From an uncultured Acidobacteriota bacterium (GTDB lineage Bacteria > Acidobacteriota > Vicinamibacteria > Vicinamibacterales > SCN-69-37): a DNA stretch of 64,000 bases. The position numbers and the translations under genes were made by a program. Below are positions 35,656-45,346 of this stretch, piece by piece (positions within the stretch are counted from its first letter, which is position 1; each line of letters begins with the position of its first letter). Under the pieces are notes generated by a model that was given only the letters and a program-made list of their open reading frames with translations, was not told the origin of the DNA and searched no databases. The stretch is from contig CAVSRY010000009.1 in NCBI GenBank assembly GCA_963730485.1, forward strand, positions 9,214-73,213, in the 5' to 3' direction.

Positions 35656-36159
35656 ATGCAGAACGACGAGACACCAGTCAGTTCCGTGGATACCCCTTCG
35701 GCCGCAACCGGTGACGAAGTCGTTCGTCGCGAACGCGACGACTACTACGACCGGCTGCTCCGGCTCACGGCTGAGTTCGACAACTATCGCAAGCGGACGG
35801 ATCGTGAGCGTCGCGAGCGGGCCGAAGCCGCCGGCATGGACGTCATCCGCGACTTGTTGCCGGTGCTCGATGACCTCGAGCGCGCGCTCGCGGCACCGAT
35901 CGACTCGAACGGCGAACGCCAGCGTTCGCGAGGGCATCGAGCTGATCCATCGTCAACTGCTCGACGTGGTTCGTCGCCGGGGCGTCGAACCGTTCGACGT
36001 CGTCGGGCCAGATCTTCGATCCGGAGTGGCACGAGGCCGTCGCCAACGAGCCCGCCCATGGCCGGCCGGACGGCGAGATCACCGCCGAAGTGCGGCGCGG
36101 CTATCGCGCCGGTCAACGACTGGTGCGCGCGCCCGATGGTCAAGGTGGCCAAGGCGTGA
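35656..36159 (+). CDS. grpE: nucleotide exchange factor GrpE (several frame breaks)
   Basis: ...DYYDRLLRLTAEFDNYRKRTDRERRE...VIRDLLPVLDDLERAL...GIELIHRQLLDVVRRRGVEPF...FDPEWHEAV...GYRAGQRLVRAPMVKVAKA*. Confidence 0.85.
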   Translation: MQNDETPVSSVDTPSAATGDEVVRRERDDYYDRLLRLTAEFDNYRKRTDRERRERAEAAGMDVIRDLLPVLDDLERALAAPIDSNGERQRSRGHRADPSSTARRGSSPGRRTVRRRRARSSIRSGTRPSPTSPPMAGRTARSPPKCGAAIAPVNDWCARPMVKVAKA

Positions 36160-37282
36160 GCTCGCCGGGACTACTACGAAGTCCTCGGCGTCGAGCGGCG
36201 CGCGGACGAGCAGGAAATCAAGAGCGCCTACCGCAAGCAGGCCCTGAAATACCACCCGGATCGCAACGCCGGCGACAAGGAGGCCGAGGAACGCTTCAAG
36301 GAAGCGGCCGAAGCCTATGCCGTCCTCGGCGACGGGGAGAAGCGCGCGCGCTACGATCGCTTCGGCCACGCGGGGGTGCAGGGTGCCGGCGGCCAGGGTC
36401 CGGGCTTCAACGCGGACATCTTCGCGGACTTCTCGGACATCCTCGGCGACTTCTTCGGGTTCGGCGGCGGCCGTCGCGCGGGTCCGAGCCGAGGCGCCGA
36501 TCTTCGCTACGACCTCGAGATCTCGTTCGAAGAGTCCTTCGCGGGCACGGAGAGCACGATCCAGATCCCGCGCGAGGAGACGTGCGAGACGTGCAAGGGC
36601 ACGCGCGCCGCGAAGGGATCGTCAGCTGAGACCTGCCCTCAGTGCCGCGGCACCGGCCAACTGCGCTTCCAGCAGGGCTTCCTCGTCGTCGCCCGGCCGT
36701 GCGGCCAGTGCGGCGCGACCGGCCAGATCGTCCGCAATCCCTGCCCATCCTGCCGCGGCACCGGGCGCGTCGCCCGCGATCGGCGCGTGACGGTTCGGAT
36801 TCCGGCGGGGATCGATGACGGTCAGCGGCTCCGCCTGCACGGCGAAGGCGAGCACGGCGCGGTTGGTGGTCCGACCGGCGACCTCTACGTGGTCATCCAC
36901 GTCCGTCCGCATCCCGTGTTCCGCCGGGAAGAGGATGACCTCTTCGTCGAGGTACCGGTGCCCTATCCCACGATGGCGATGGGCGGATCGTTCAAGGTCG
37001 AGGGGCCCGCCGGGCCGCTCACCGTTGACGTGTCGGCGGGAACGCCGAGCGGTTCGGTCATCAGCGTTCCGCGGCAAGGGCATGCCGAGCGTGACCGGCC
37101 GCGGGCGCGGCAGCTTCCACGTGCGCGTCGTGGTCGACGTGCCCAAGAAGCTCAGCAAGGATCAGAAGAAGCTCGTCACCGAGCTCGGTCACACGATGCC
37201 CGTCGAGACCATCGAGGCCACGCCGCCCGATACCGACAGGGACAAGCCGTTTTTCGAGAAGGTGAAGGACCTGTTCGGCTAA
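36156..37282 (+). CDS. dnaJ: molecular chaperone DnaJ (frame breaks ~36170 and ~37080)
   Basis: GTG 36156 overlaps the grpE stop (GTGA). J domain: DYYEVLGVERRADEQEIKSAYRKQALKYHPDRN. G/F region. Four CxxCxG zinc motifs (CETCKGT, CPQCRGT, CGQCGAT, CPSCRGT). C-terminus ...KLSKDQKKLVTELG.... Confidence 0.9.
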
Positions 37283-37290
37283 GCCGATTC

Positions 37291-37441
37291 GCCATTTGTT
37301 ATTGGTTATTGGCTATTTGTTATTGCATTGGCATTTGCTATTGCCGGTACTGTGGTCGAGCCGTCGGCGCAACCGTCGCAATAGCAAATGACCAATGGCA
37401 CAATGCCCAATAACAAATAACCAATAACAAATAGCAAATGG
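37291..37441. repeat. heptad-repeat hairpin, word TTGNTAT / CAATAGC (ORF-less relative of the 21648/22208 inverted repeat)
   Basis: Left arm: gccattt gttattg gttattg gctattt gttattg cattg gcattt gctattg c. The loop is about 33 nt. Right arm: gcaatag caaatga ccaatgg cacaatg cccaata acaaata accaata acaaata gcaaatg g. It fills the dnaJ-prmA spacer, and the prmA ATG (37438) lies in the last heptad. Confidence 0.9.
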
Positions 37442-38327
37442 ATCGCCTGTTTCCCGCGCTGGAAATCGAGTGGCCCGCGCCGGTCGACTCGAGCGCATCG
37501 ATCAGTTGATCGCAGCGCTGGATGACGAAGGACCGACTGCGGTCGAAGAGCGCTCATTCGGGCGTTGCGGTGTTCTTTCCGAGCGATGACCGGCGCAATC
37601 GCGCGCTCGAGATCGCTCGCGCCTTCGCTCCAGAAGCCAGCGTCACGTGCCGTCTCCATCTCGGACGAAGCCTGGGCGGAACGCAGTCAAGCGTCGCTCA
37701 CCGCGATCCGTGTCGGCCGCGTTGTCGTGACGCCCCCGTGGGCGCGTGCGGATACGGCGTCGTCGGACGAAGACATCGTCGTCACGATCGTGCCGTCGAT
37801 GGGGTTCGGGACGGGCCATCACGCGTCCACGCGTCTCTGTCTGCAGCTGCTTCAATCCGTGGCGTCACGACGCCCAGTCGGTGCTCGACGTCGGCACCGG
37901 TTCGGGCGTCCTCGCCATTGCGGCCTGGCGTCTCGGGGCGGCACGTGTGATCGGAATCGATGTCGATGCCGACGCTCTGACATCCGCTCGCGAAAACGTC
38001 GAGCTCAACGGCGCGGACGCGGCGGTGGAACTGCAGGTCGTCGATCTCGCTGACGCCTCGGACCAGTTCGGCGGCGGCTTCGACCTCGTCCTCGCGAACC
38101 TCACCGGCGCGATGCTCGAGCGGTTTGCGTCCGCGCTCGGATCGCTCGTCGCGCCAGGCGGGTCGCTCATCGTCAGCGGGTTTCAAATCGGAGAGGACGA
38201 CAACGTGCTGCGGGCATTCGAAGGCGCGCGGTTCACGATGTCGGATCGTGGTGATGAGGATGGTTGGGTGGCGTTGCGCCTTTCAGGCCCCAGGCCTCAA
38301 GACTCAAGCCCCAAGCCTCGCGCCTAG
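37438..38327 (+). CDS. prmA: ribosomal protein L11 methyltransferase (at least 3 frame breaks)
   Basis: ...IRVGRVVVTPPW...IVVTIVPSMGFGTGHHASTRLCLQLL...VLDVGTGSGVLAIAAWRLGAARVIGIDVD...NVELNG.... The last ~13 codons ([13 protein letters not shown]) are translated heptad repeat. Confidence 0.8.
38281..38320. repeat. single-arm heptad array, word (A)AGACTC/AGCCCCA (same family as 2159 and 41571)
   Basis: ggcccca ggcctca agactca agcccca agcctcg cgcc. It lies inside the 3' end of the prmA ORF and abuts the convergent rsmE stop. Confidence 0.75.
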
Positions 38328-39046
38328 CTCCACCCCCAGTGCGTCCACAGCGCGGCCAGGGCGACGGTGGGTGCCGCCTCCGCTCGAAGGATGCGCGGTC
38401 CAAGCGAGATGAACACTGCGCCCGCGGCCCGGCCGCGCTCCAGCTCGCCTGGCGCCCATCCCCCTTCCGGACCGACGAGCAGCAGGACTCGTTCGGCACG
38501 CGGCAGCGTGGTCACAGATCGCGCGGCGGCTGATGCCGGCTCCACGCACATGACGACCAGATCGAAGCCACGCGCGGACAGCAGCGCGTCGAAGGGCGAC
38601 ACGTCGCCGATCTCCGGCACGACGGCCCGGCCGCACTGACTGGCGGAGGCGCTCGCGACACGGCTCCACCGGTCGGTCGATCGGTTCTTCCACGCTCGCT
38701 CGGAGACGGCGACGTGGGCGGACACGAACGGCACGATGCGGGAGGCGCCCAGCATGGTCGCGTCACGGACCACCTCGTCCAGCTGGGTCCCTTTCAGCAC
38801 GGCGACGCCAAGCGTGAGATGCACCGGCGGCTCGGCGAACGCCCGTTCGTTCGTTCAGCAGATCGATCGTGACACCGGACCGCGCGGCGGACGCGATGCG
38901 TCCCAACCATTCGCGCCCCTGACCGTCAAACACCACGACGTCATCGCCGGCCGACAGGCGCAGCACGCGCGTCAGGTGGTGGACCTCGGTCGCCCGTCAC
39001 GAGTACGGACGGCGGTCTGAGCGCCAGGCGCGTGGACGCGATGCAC
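38324..39046 (-). CDS. rsmE: 16S rRNA (uracil1498-N3)-methyltransferase RsmE (at least 2 frame breaks; start GTG 39046 proposed)
   Basis: (M)HRVHAPGAQ...EVHHLTRVLRLSAGDDVVVFDGQGREWLGRI...HLTLGVAVLKGTQLDEVVRDATMLGASRIVPF...LLLVGPEGGWAPGE...ISLGPRILRAEAA. Confidence 0.8.
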
Positions 39047-39085
39047 GCGCAGATTGTGAACCAGATCGATATACTTTCACCGGTC

Positions 39086-40078
39086 ATGGTCTTTCGCGGC
39101 CAAACGCTCGGCAAGTACCGATTGCTCGAGCCCGTCGGCAGTGGCGGCTTCGGTACGGTCTATCTTGCCGAGGACACCTGGATCGACAAGCGCGTCGCCA
39201 TCAAGGTCCCGCACAAGCAGAACATGGACTTCGGCGAGCTGCTGCGCGAGCCTCGCCTGCTCGCCTCGTTGAACCATCCGAATATCGTCGGCGTGACGAC
39301 TGCCGAGAAGCAGGACGGCGTGTTCTTCATCGTCATGGAGTACGTGCCGGGCGAGACGCTCGAGACGATCATCGACGAGCGCGGCCCGCTCGAGCTCGCC
39401 ACGGCGCTCGACTACACGTGCCAGATCGCCAACGCCGTCGAGCATGCGCACAAGAGCGGCGTCATCCACCGCGATCTCCGGCCGGCGAACGTCTTCGTGA
39501 CCGACCGCGGCCTGCTCAAGGTGGGCGACTTCGGCACGTCCCGATTCCTCGAGATCGCCGCCCACGGCACGACCGTCATCGGCAGCCCGCCCTACATGGC
39601 GCCCGAACAGTTCGAGGGCCGGGCGGTGTTCGCGTCCGACCTCTACTCGCTCGGCGTGACGATGTATCAGATGCTGACGGGCGGCCTGCCGTACGACACG
39701 CCGGCGCCGAGCGACCTCGAGCGCCTTCGCCGCGGTGAGCTCGTCTCGCCTCCCCGCACGCGCAACCCGGCGATCCCCAAGGTGATCGACGACATCGTGA
39801 TGCGCGCGCTTGCGGGCGGACGTCTCGGCCCGGTATCAGCGGGCCGAGGACCTGCTGACCGATATCCTGAATGCGCGCAGCGAGCTCGTCCGCGCGTCAC
39901 GCCGGCCGCCGTGGCGGCGCCGGCTGCGGCCGAGGGCGCCCGTCCGGCGGGCACCCGCCGGCCGGCGACGTCGCGGCACCGGACGCGCGAAATCGGCGGC
40001 GGACGGTTCTGCTGGCAGTGCCGGAAGCCCCTGCCGACACGCGGCGGGCGGTGCCCGTTCTGTGGCGAGAACCAGTAA
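39086..40078 (+). CDS. Hanks-type Ser/Thr protein kinase with C-terminal zinc-ribbon (two compensating frame breaks ~39810-39990)
   Basis: [21 protein letters not shown]...VAIKV...[11 protein letters not shown]...VGDFGTS...[10 protein letters not shown]...[15 protein letters not shown]. The off-frame stretch reads [13 protein letters not shown]. The C-terminus is [23 protein letters not shown]. Confidence 0.8.
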   Translation: MVFRGQTLGKYRLLEPVGSGGFGTVYLAEDTWIDKRVAIKVPHKQNMDFGELLREPRLLASLNHPNIVGVTTAEKQDGVFFIVMEYVPGETLETIIDERGPLELATALDYTCQIANAVEHAHKSGVIHRDLRPANVFVTDRGLLKVGDFGTSRFLEIAAHGTTVIGSPPYMAPEQFEGRAVFASDLYSLGVTMYQMLTGGLPYDTPAPSDLERLRRGELVSPPRTRNPAIPKVIDDIVMRALAGGRLGPVSAGRGPADRYPECAQRARPRVTPAAVAAPAAAEGARPAGTRRPATSRHRTREIGGGRFCWQCRKPLPTRGGRCPFCGENQ

Positions 40079-40159
40079 GTAATACTGGTAAGATCGAGTC
40101 CGGCAGGGTTCCAGGCGGCGGCCTCGGCAATCCGGCCCGGTTCCCTTTAGGAGTCGCAC

Positions 40160-41132
40160 ATGGCTTTCGACCGCACCGCGAAGGTGTGGATCAATGGCAA
40201 GATCGTCGATTGGACGGACGCCACCATCCACATCGCCTCACACGTCGTCCACTACGGATCGGCGGTCTTCGAGGGCGCACGCTGTTACAAGACCCCCAAG
40301 GGCTCAGCGTTCTTCCGGCTGGACGCGCACATGCGGCGGCTGTACGACTCGGCCCGGATCTACCGGATGGACTACGAGCTCGACCGCGAGACGTTCACGC
40401 GCGGCGTGATCGACGTCGTCAAGGCGAACGGCGCTCGACGCGTGCTACATCCGCCCGATCATCTATCGCGGGTACAACGAGCTCGGCGTCAATCCCCTGC
40501 ACGTGTCCCGTTGACGCCGCGATCCTCGTCTGGCAATGGGGCGCGTACCTCGGCCCCGAAGCGCTCGAGAAGGGCGTCGACGTCTGCGTGAGCTCGTGGG
40601 CCCGCAGCGCGCCGAACACGTTTCCGGCGATGGCGAAGTCGGCCGCCAACTACGCGAACTCCGCGCTGATCAAGATGGAAGCGGTGCTCGGCGGCTTCGC
40701 CGAGGGCATCGCGCTCGACCCGTCAGGCCACGTCAGTGAAGGCAGCGGCCAGAACCTCTTCCTCGTGCGCGACGACGTCGTCTACACGCCGCCGGTGGGC
40801 GCGTCGGTGCTGCCCGGGCATCACGCGCGACTCGGTCGTCACGCTCGCGCAGGATCTCGGATACCAGGTGAAGGAGCAGGACCTGCCGCGCGAGATGCTC
40901 TACATCGCCGACGAGCTGTTCTTCACCGGGACGGCCGCCGAGATTACGCCGATTCGCTCCGTCGATCGCATCCAGATCGGACCGGGCCACCGCGGTCCCA
41001 GTCACGACCGCGCTGCAGAACGCGTTCTTCGACTACGTCAACGGCGTGGTGCCGGACCGTCACAACTGGCTGACGCCGGTCGAGATTCCGGCGCGCCAGG
41101 CAGAGGCGACGGCCGCTGGTCGGAAGTCGTAG
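40160..41132 (+). CDS. ilvE: branched-chain amino acid aminotransferase (at least 4 frame breaks)
   Basis: AGGAG lies upstream of ATG 40160. [43 protein letters not shown]...[19 protein letters not shown]...[19 protein letters not shown]...[18 protein letters not shown]...; stop TAG at 41130-41132. Confidence 0.85.
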
Positions 41133-41172
41133 AACGGCGCCGAGCCGGACGCCGTACTCGGCAGGACTCGCC

Positions 41173-41587
41173 ATGCTCAGCCGGCGCGAGTTGAGCCGCG
41201 CCGAGCTCACCACCAAGCTGATCGATCGCGGCTTCGCGTCGCGACGAGGTCGACGCCGCGGTCGAACGCCTCGCCGACAACCGTTCGGTGGACGACCGCC
41301 GGGCGGCCTTTGCGCACGTGCGCACCGCCAGCCGGCTGAAGGGCCGCGGGCGGCTGCGCATTCAGCGCGAGCTCGAAGCGCGCGGCTTCTCGCGCGAACT
41401 GACCCGCGAGGCCCTCGCCGAATTCCGCCGGACGAGGACGTCAACGCCATCAAACGGTTCATCGAGCGAAAGAGCCGGACCATCGACGACTCGCCCGCAG
41501 GCCGACGCCGGCTGTTCAATCAGCTTGCTGAGGCGGGGCTTCTCATCGGCGATGATTGCGAAAGTCTTAAAGAGTCTTGGGTCTTGA
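41173..41587 (+). CDS. recX: recombination regulator RecX (at least 2 frame breaks; N-terminus may extend upstream)
   Basis: ...[23 protein letters not shown]...[35 protein letters not shown]...[11 protein letters not shown]...[20 protein letters not shown]. The last codons lie in the following hairpin arm. Confidence 0.75.
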
Positions 41588-41662
41588 GTCTTGGGTCTTG
41601 GGCTGCCTGGCCCGGCCGATGCTCCGGTATCGACCCAAGCCGCAAGACTCGAGCCCCAAGCC
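41571..41662. repeat. heptad-repeat hairpin, word GGGTCTT / AAGACCC
   Basis: Left arm: agagtct tgggtct tgagtct tgggtct tgggc. The loop is about 28 nt. Right arm: gacccaa gccgcaa gactcga gccccaa gcc. It lies between the recX stop (41587) and the alaS ATG (41683). Confidence 0.9.
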
Positions 41663-41682
41663 GATACAATCTCTTCACTCAC

Positions 41683-44388
41683 ATGACCGGTCACGAGATT
41701 CGTCAGGGTTTTCTCGACTACTTCGCGCGCCAGGGACATCGCATCGTTCCATCGTCGTCGCTGATTCCGGCCGACGATCCGACGTTGCTCTTCACCAACG
41801 CCGGGATGAACCAGTTCAAGGACCTGTTCCTCGGCAAGGAGCGACGCGACTACCGGCGAGCCACGACGGCGCAGAAGTGCATGCGCGTGAGCGGCAAGCA
41901 CAACGACCTCGACAACGTGGGGCCGTCCGACCGGCATCACACGTTCTTCGAGATGCTCGGCAACTTCTCGTTCGGCGACTACTTCAAGACGGACGCGATC
42001 GCGTTCGCGTGGGAGCTCCTGACGACGGTCTGGAAGCTCGAACCGGACCGGTTGTTTCCGACCATCTTCAAGGGCGAGGCCGGGCATTCCGCGCGACGAC
42101 GAGGCGTTCGACGCTGTGGACGAAGTTCGTGCCGGCGTCGCGCATCACCGAGCTCGGCCTCGCGGACAACTTCTGGCAGATGGGCGAGACGGGGCCCTGC
42201 GGCCGCTGTTCGGAAATCATGTATTTCCGCGGCAACGCACATCCCTGCGATCAGCCGGTCTGCAAGGGCATCGAGTGCGACTGCGAGCGGTACGTCGAGG
42301 TCTGGAACAACGTGTTCATGGAGTTCGACCGCGGCGAAGGCGGCACGCTGACGCCGCTGCCGGCGAAGTCGATCGACACGGGCATGGGCCTCGAGCGGAT
42401 CACGTCGGTCATTCAGGGCAAGCTGTCGACCTACGACACGGACTTTTTCCAGCCCATCCTCCGGGCGATCGCGGACCGCGCCGGCCGCACCTACACCGGC
42501 ACGACGAGACCGCTCGACCACCCGGACGTCTCGATGCGGGTCGTCGCCGATCATCTGCGCGCGATGACGTTCCTCATCGCCGACGGCGTCCTGCCGTCGA
42601 ACGAGTGGCGTGGCTACGTGCTGCGCAAGATCATGCGGCGAGCCATGCGGCACGGGAAGAAGCTCGGTCTCAGCGAGCCGTTCCTGCACGCGCTCGTGGA
42701 CGTCGTCGTGCGCGAGATGGGCGCGAGCTATCCGGAGCTCGTCCGCCAGCGCGACGCGATCGTCCGTACCGTCCGCGCCGAGGAGGACCGATTTGATGCG
42801 GTGCTCACGAGCGGGCTGCCCCGCCTCGAGGAACTGCTGGATCGCATCAAGGCGTCCGGCGCTTCCGTCGTGCCGGGCGACGCGGTGTTCCGCCTCTACG
42901 ACTCGCTCGGTGTCCCGCTCGATTTCGCGGAGGACCTCGCCGGCCAGCGTGGGCTCGTCCATCGATCGCGAAGGCTACGAGACGGCCATGGAGGCGCAGC
43001 GGGAGCGCGCCCGCGCCGGCAGCACGTTCGAGTCGAAGAAGGGCGTCTCGTTCGAGTATGCGAGCGACGCCGAGCGGCGTCGTGTCGAGGCTGTGGGTGA
43101 TGGGTTCGAGGGCTATCACGACGACCGAAGTGCCCGATGCGACGGTCGTCGCCCTCTTCGATGACGCCCGCCGGCAGGTCGAGCGGCTCGAACGCGGGAC
43201 GACTGGATTCGTCGTGCTCGACCGCACGCCGTTCTACGTCGAGTCCGGTGGCCAGGTCTCCGACACCGGCCAGCTCGTCACGTCTGACGGACGCGCCTGC
43301 AGCGTCACCGGCATGTCACGCCTCGCGCCTGGCGGCGCCCGCGGCACATCGCGTCGCGGTCGCGGCCTCTCTCACGCCCGGCGTGAGGGTCACGGCGCGC
43401 GTTGACGCGGGCGCTCGCGACGCGACGCGGCGCAATCACACGGCCACTCACCTCCTCCACGCGGCGCTCCGGCAACGGCTCGGCACCCACGTGCGTCAGG
43501 CCGGCTCGCTCGTCGCGCCGGACCGGCTCCGATTCGACTTCTCGCACTTCGAGGCGCTCACCGACGACGACACGCGGGAAATCGAGCGCGTGGTCAACGA
43601 GCACGTCTACGGCAACACGCCGGTGAACACCGAGGTGCGGAGCACCGAGGACGCGATTCGTGACGGCGCGATGGCGCTCTTCGGCGAGAAGTACGGCGAT
43701 CGTGTCCGGGTCGTCACGGTTCCCGGATTCAGCGTCGAGCTGTGCGGCGGTACTCACGTCACGGGCGACCGGCGACATCGGTCCGTTCGTGATCACCGAG
43801 GAGTCCGGCGTCGCCGCGGGCGTTCGCCGAATCGAGGCGCTGACGGGCGCCGGCGCAGTCGCATATCTGCAGGCCCGCGACGCGGCACTCACCCGCACCC
43901 AGGCGGCGTTGAGCGTGCCCGCTACCCGAACTGGCGGACGCGGTCGCTCGACTGCAAGCGGAGGTGAAGCGCCTCACGCGCGAGAACGCGCAGCTGAAGA
44001 CGAAGGTGGCGATGGGTGGCCCGCGAGCCGATCAGGACGACAGCGTCGCGATTGGCGACGCGCGGCTCGTCGCCCGCCGCGTCAGCGGGCTCGAGAAGGA
44101 CGCGCTGCGCGGCCTGGCCGATTCGCTCCGCGACAAACTGAAGACCGGCGTCGTCGTGCTGGCCGCGGAGAACGACGGGAAGGCGCAGCTGCTGGTATCG
44201 GTGACGAAGGATCTCACCGGCCGCGTCAAGGCCGGTCAGCTCGTCAAGGAACTGGCGCCGCTGATCGGTGGAGGCGGCGGCGGGCGGCCGGACTTCGCGG
44301 AAGCGGGGGGCAAGGACCCTTCGGGGATCGATCAGCGTCCTCGCGCGCGCCAAAGAACTGGTCGACCAGCGCGCTCGGTGCCGGATAG
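41683..44388 (+). CDS. alaS: alanine--tRNA ligase (many frame breaks; stop approximate)
   Basis: [51 protein letters not shown]...[16 protein letters not shown]...[18 protein letters not shown]...; ...[10 protein letters not shown]...[10 protein letters not shown]...; editing domain [12 protein letters not shown]...CGGTH; C-terminal ...[22 protein letters not shown].... Confidence 0.9.
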
Positions 44389-44413
44389 GTCGAACCATTG
44401 CGGATCTGCGATC

Positions 44414-44559
44414 GCGATTGGGGATTGAATTGATGAGATTGAGGGATTCGGTGATTGCGGATCGAGATCGGTCGGAAGGCCGGTGGGTTTCAATCCTCAA
44501 TCCGCAATCGCCCGATCATCAATGCAATCATCAATTTCAAATTACAAATCCTCAATTCC
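44414..44559. repeat. heptad-repeat hairpin, word GATTGNN / NNCAATC
   Basis: Left arm: gcgattg gggattg aattgat gagattg agggatt cggtgattg cggatcg. The loop contains ggaaggccggtggg. Right arm: tcaatcc tcaatcc gcaatcg cccgatc atcaatg caatcat caatttc aaattac aaatcct caattcc. Arm pairing is imperfect. Confidence 0.75.
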
Positions 44560-44579
44560 GTGGCAGAGGTCTTTCTCCA

Positions 44580-44969
44580 TTGACTGAATCGATCCGCCTC
44601 GACGTCTGGCTCGACGTCGCGTGTCTGTTCAAGACGCGATCCGAGGCTCAGCAGGCCTGCAAGGGCGGCAAGGTGGACGTCAACGGGCGCTCGGCCAAGC
44701 CGCACCGGGACGTGAAGGCCGGAGACATCGTCGAAATCACCAGGACGCTGGGACGGAAGCAGCGGGTGGTCGTGCGGGCCGTGTTCGACCAGCACATCCC
44801 CAAGGCGCAGGCCCGCTCGCTCTACGAAGACACGACCCCGCCGCCATCGCCGGAGGAACAGGCCCTGCTGGACCTTCTGCGGGTCGCCAGACCGCACCAC
44901 CGGCGCGACCTGGGCACAGCGGACCGGCGGGAACGTCGCCGGATCCGGTCGGAAAAGCAGGGCGACTGA
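44580..44969 (+). CDS. RNA-binding S4-domain protein (Hsp15/HslR-like)
   Basis: TTG 44580: (M)TESIRLDVWLDVACLFKTRSEAQQACKGGKVDVNGRSAKPHRDVKAGDIVEI.... The length (about 129 aa) and basic C-terminus fit Hsp15-type proteins. Confidence 0.65.
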   Translation: MTESIRLDVWLDVACLFKTRSEAQQACKGGKVDVNGRSAKPHRDVKAGDIVEITRTLGRKQRVVVRAVFDQHIPKAQARSLYEDTTPPPSPEEQALLDLLRVARPHHRRDLGTADRRERRRIRSEKQGD

Positions 44970-44977
44970 GAACGGAG

Positions 44978-45010
44978 GAAACCGGGTTTCTCCTCAAGAA
45001 ACCCGGTTTC
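44978..45010. repeat. GAAACCGGGTTTC-family palindrome hairpin (14-bp stem, 5-nt loop)
   Basis: gaaaccgggtttct cctca agaaacccggtttc lies 9 nt after the S4-protein stop and is followed by TATACT (45014-45019). Confidence 0.85.
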
Positions 45011-45083
45011 TTCTATACTCAAGTGTTCGCGGTCCGCTCATGGACCGCTTCTGGCGGGCTCGGCCCGCAGGTAAGGACAGCAC

Positions 45084-45344
45084 GTGGCTACGCGACATGC
45101 ATCGGCGATGAAGGCTCATCGCCAGACCCTCAAGCGCACCGCGCACAATCGCGAACTGCGGTCGAAGCTCCGGACCGGGTTGAAGGCGATTCGCAGCGCG
45201 GTCACCGCCGGCGAGACGGACAAGGCGAAGACCCTGCTCCGCGAGACCTACTCGCTCGTGGACAAGATGTCGGGCAAGGGCATCATCCACGACAACGCGG
45301 CCGGCCGCTACAAGTCGCGGCTGGCGAAGAGCCTGGCCAAGTAA
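45084..45344 (+). CDS. rpsT: 30S ribosomal protein S20
   Basis: Intact 86-aa ORF: (M)ATRHASAMKAHRQTLKRTAHNRELRSKLRTGLKAIRSAV...GIIHDNAAGRYKSRLAK. Confidence 0.9.
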   Translation: MATRHASAMKAHRQTLKRTAHNRELRSKLRTGLKAIRSAVTAGETDKAKTLLRETYSLVDKMSGKGIIHDNAAGRYKSRLAKSLAK

Positions 45345-45346
45345 GA

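Noticed and set aside
41588-41682. T-box or other riboswitch leader upstream of alaS (and likewise cysS, leuS)
   Set aside because: The spacers are either about 20 nt (cysS, leuS) or fully occupied by the heptad hairpin (alaS). I saw no T-box-like conserved sequence or specifier/antiterminator arrangement.
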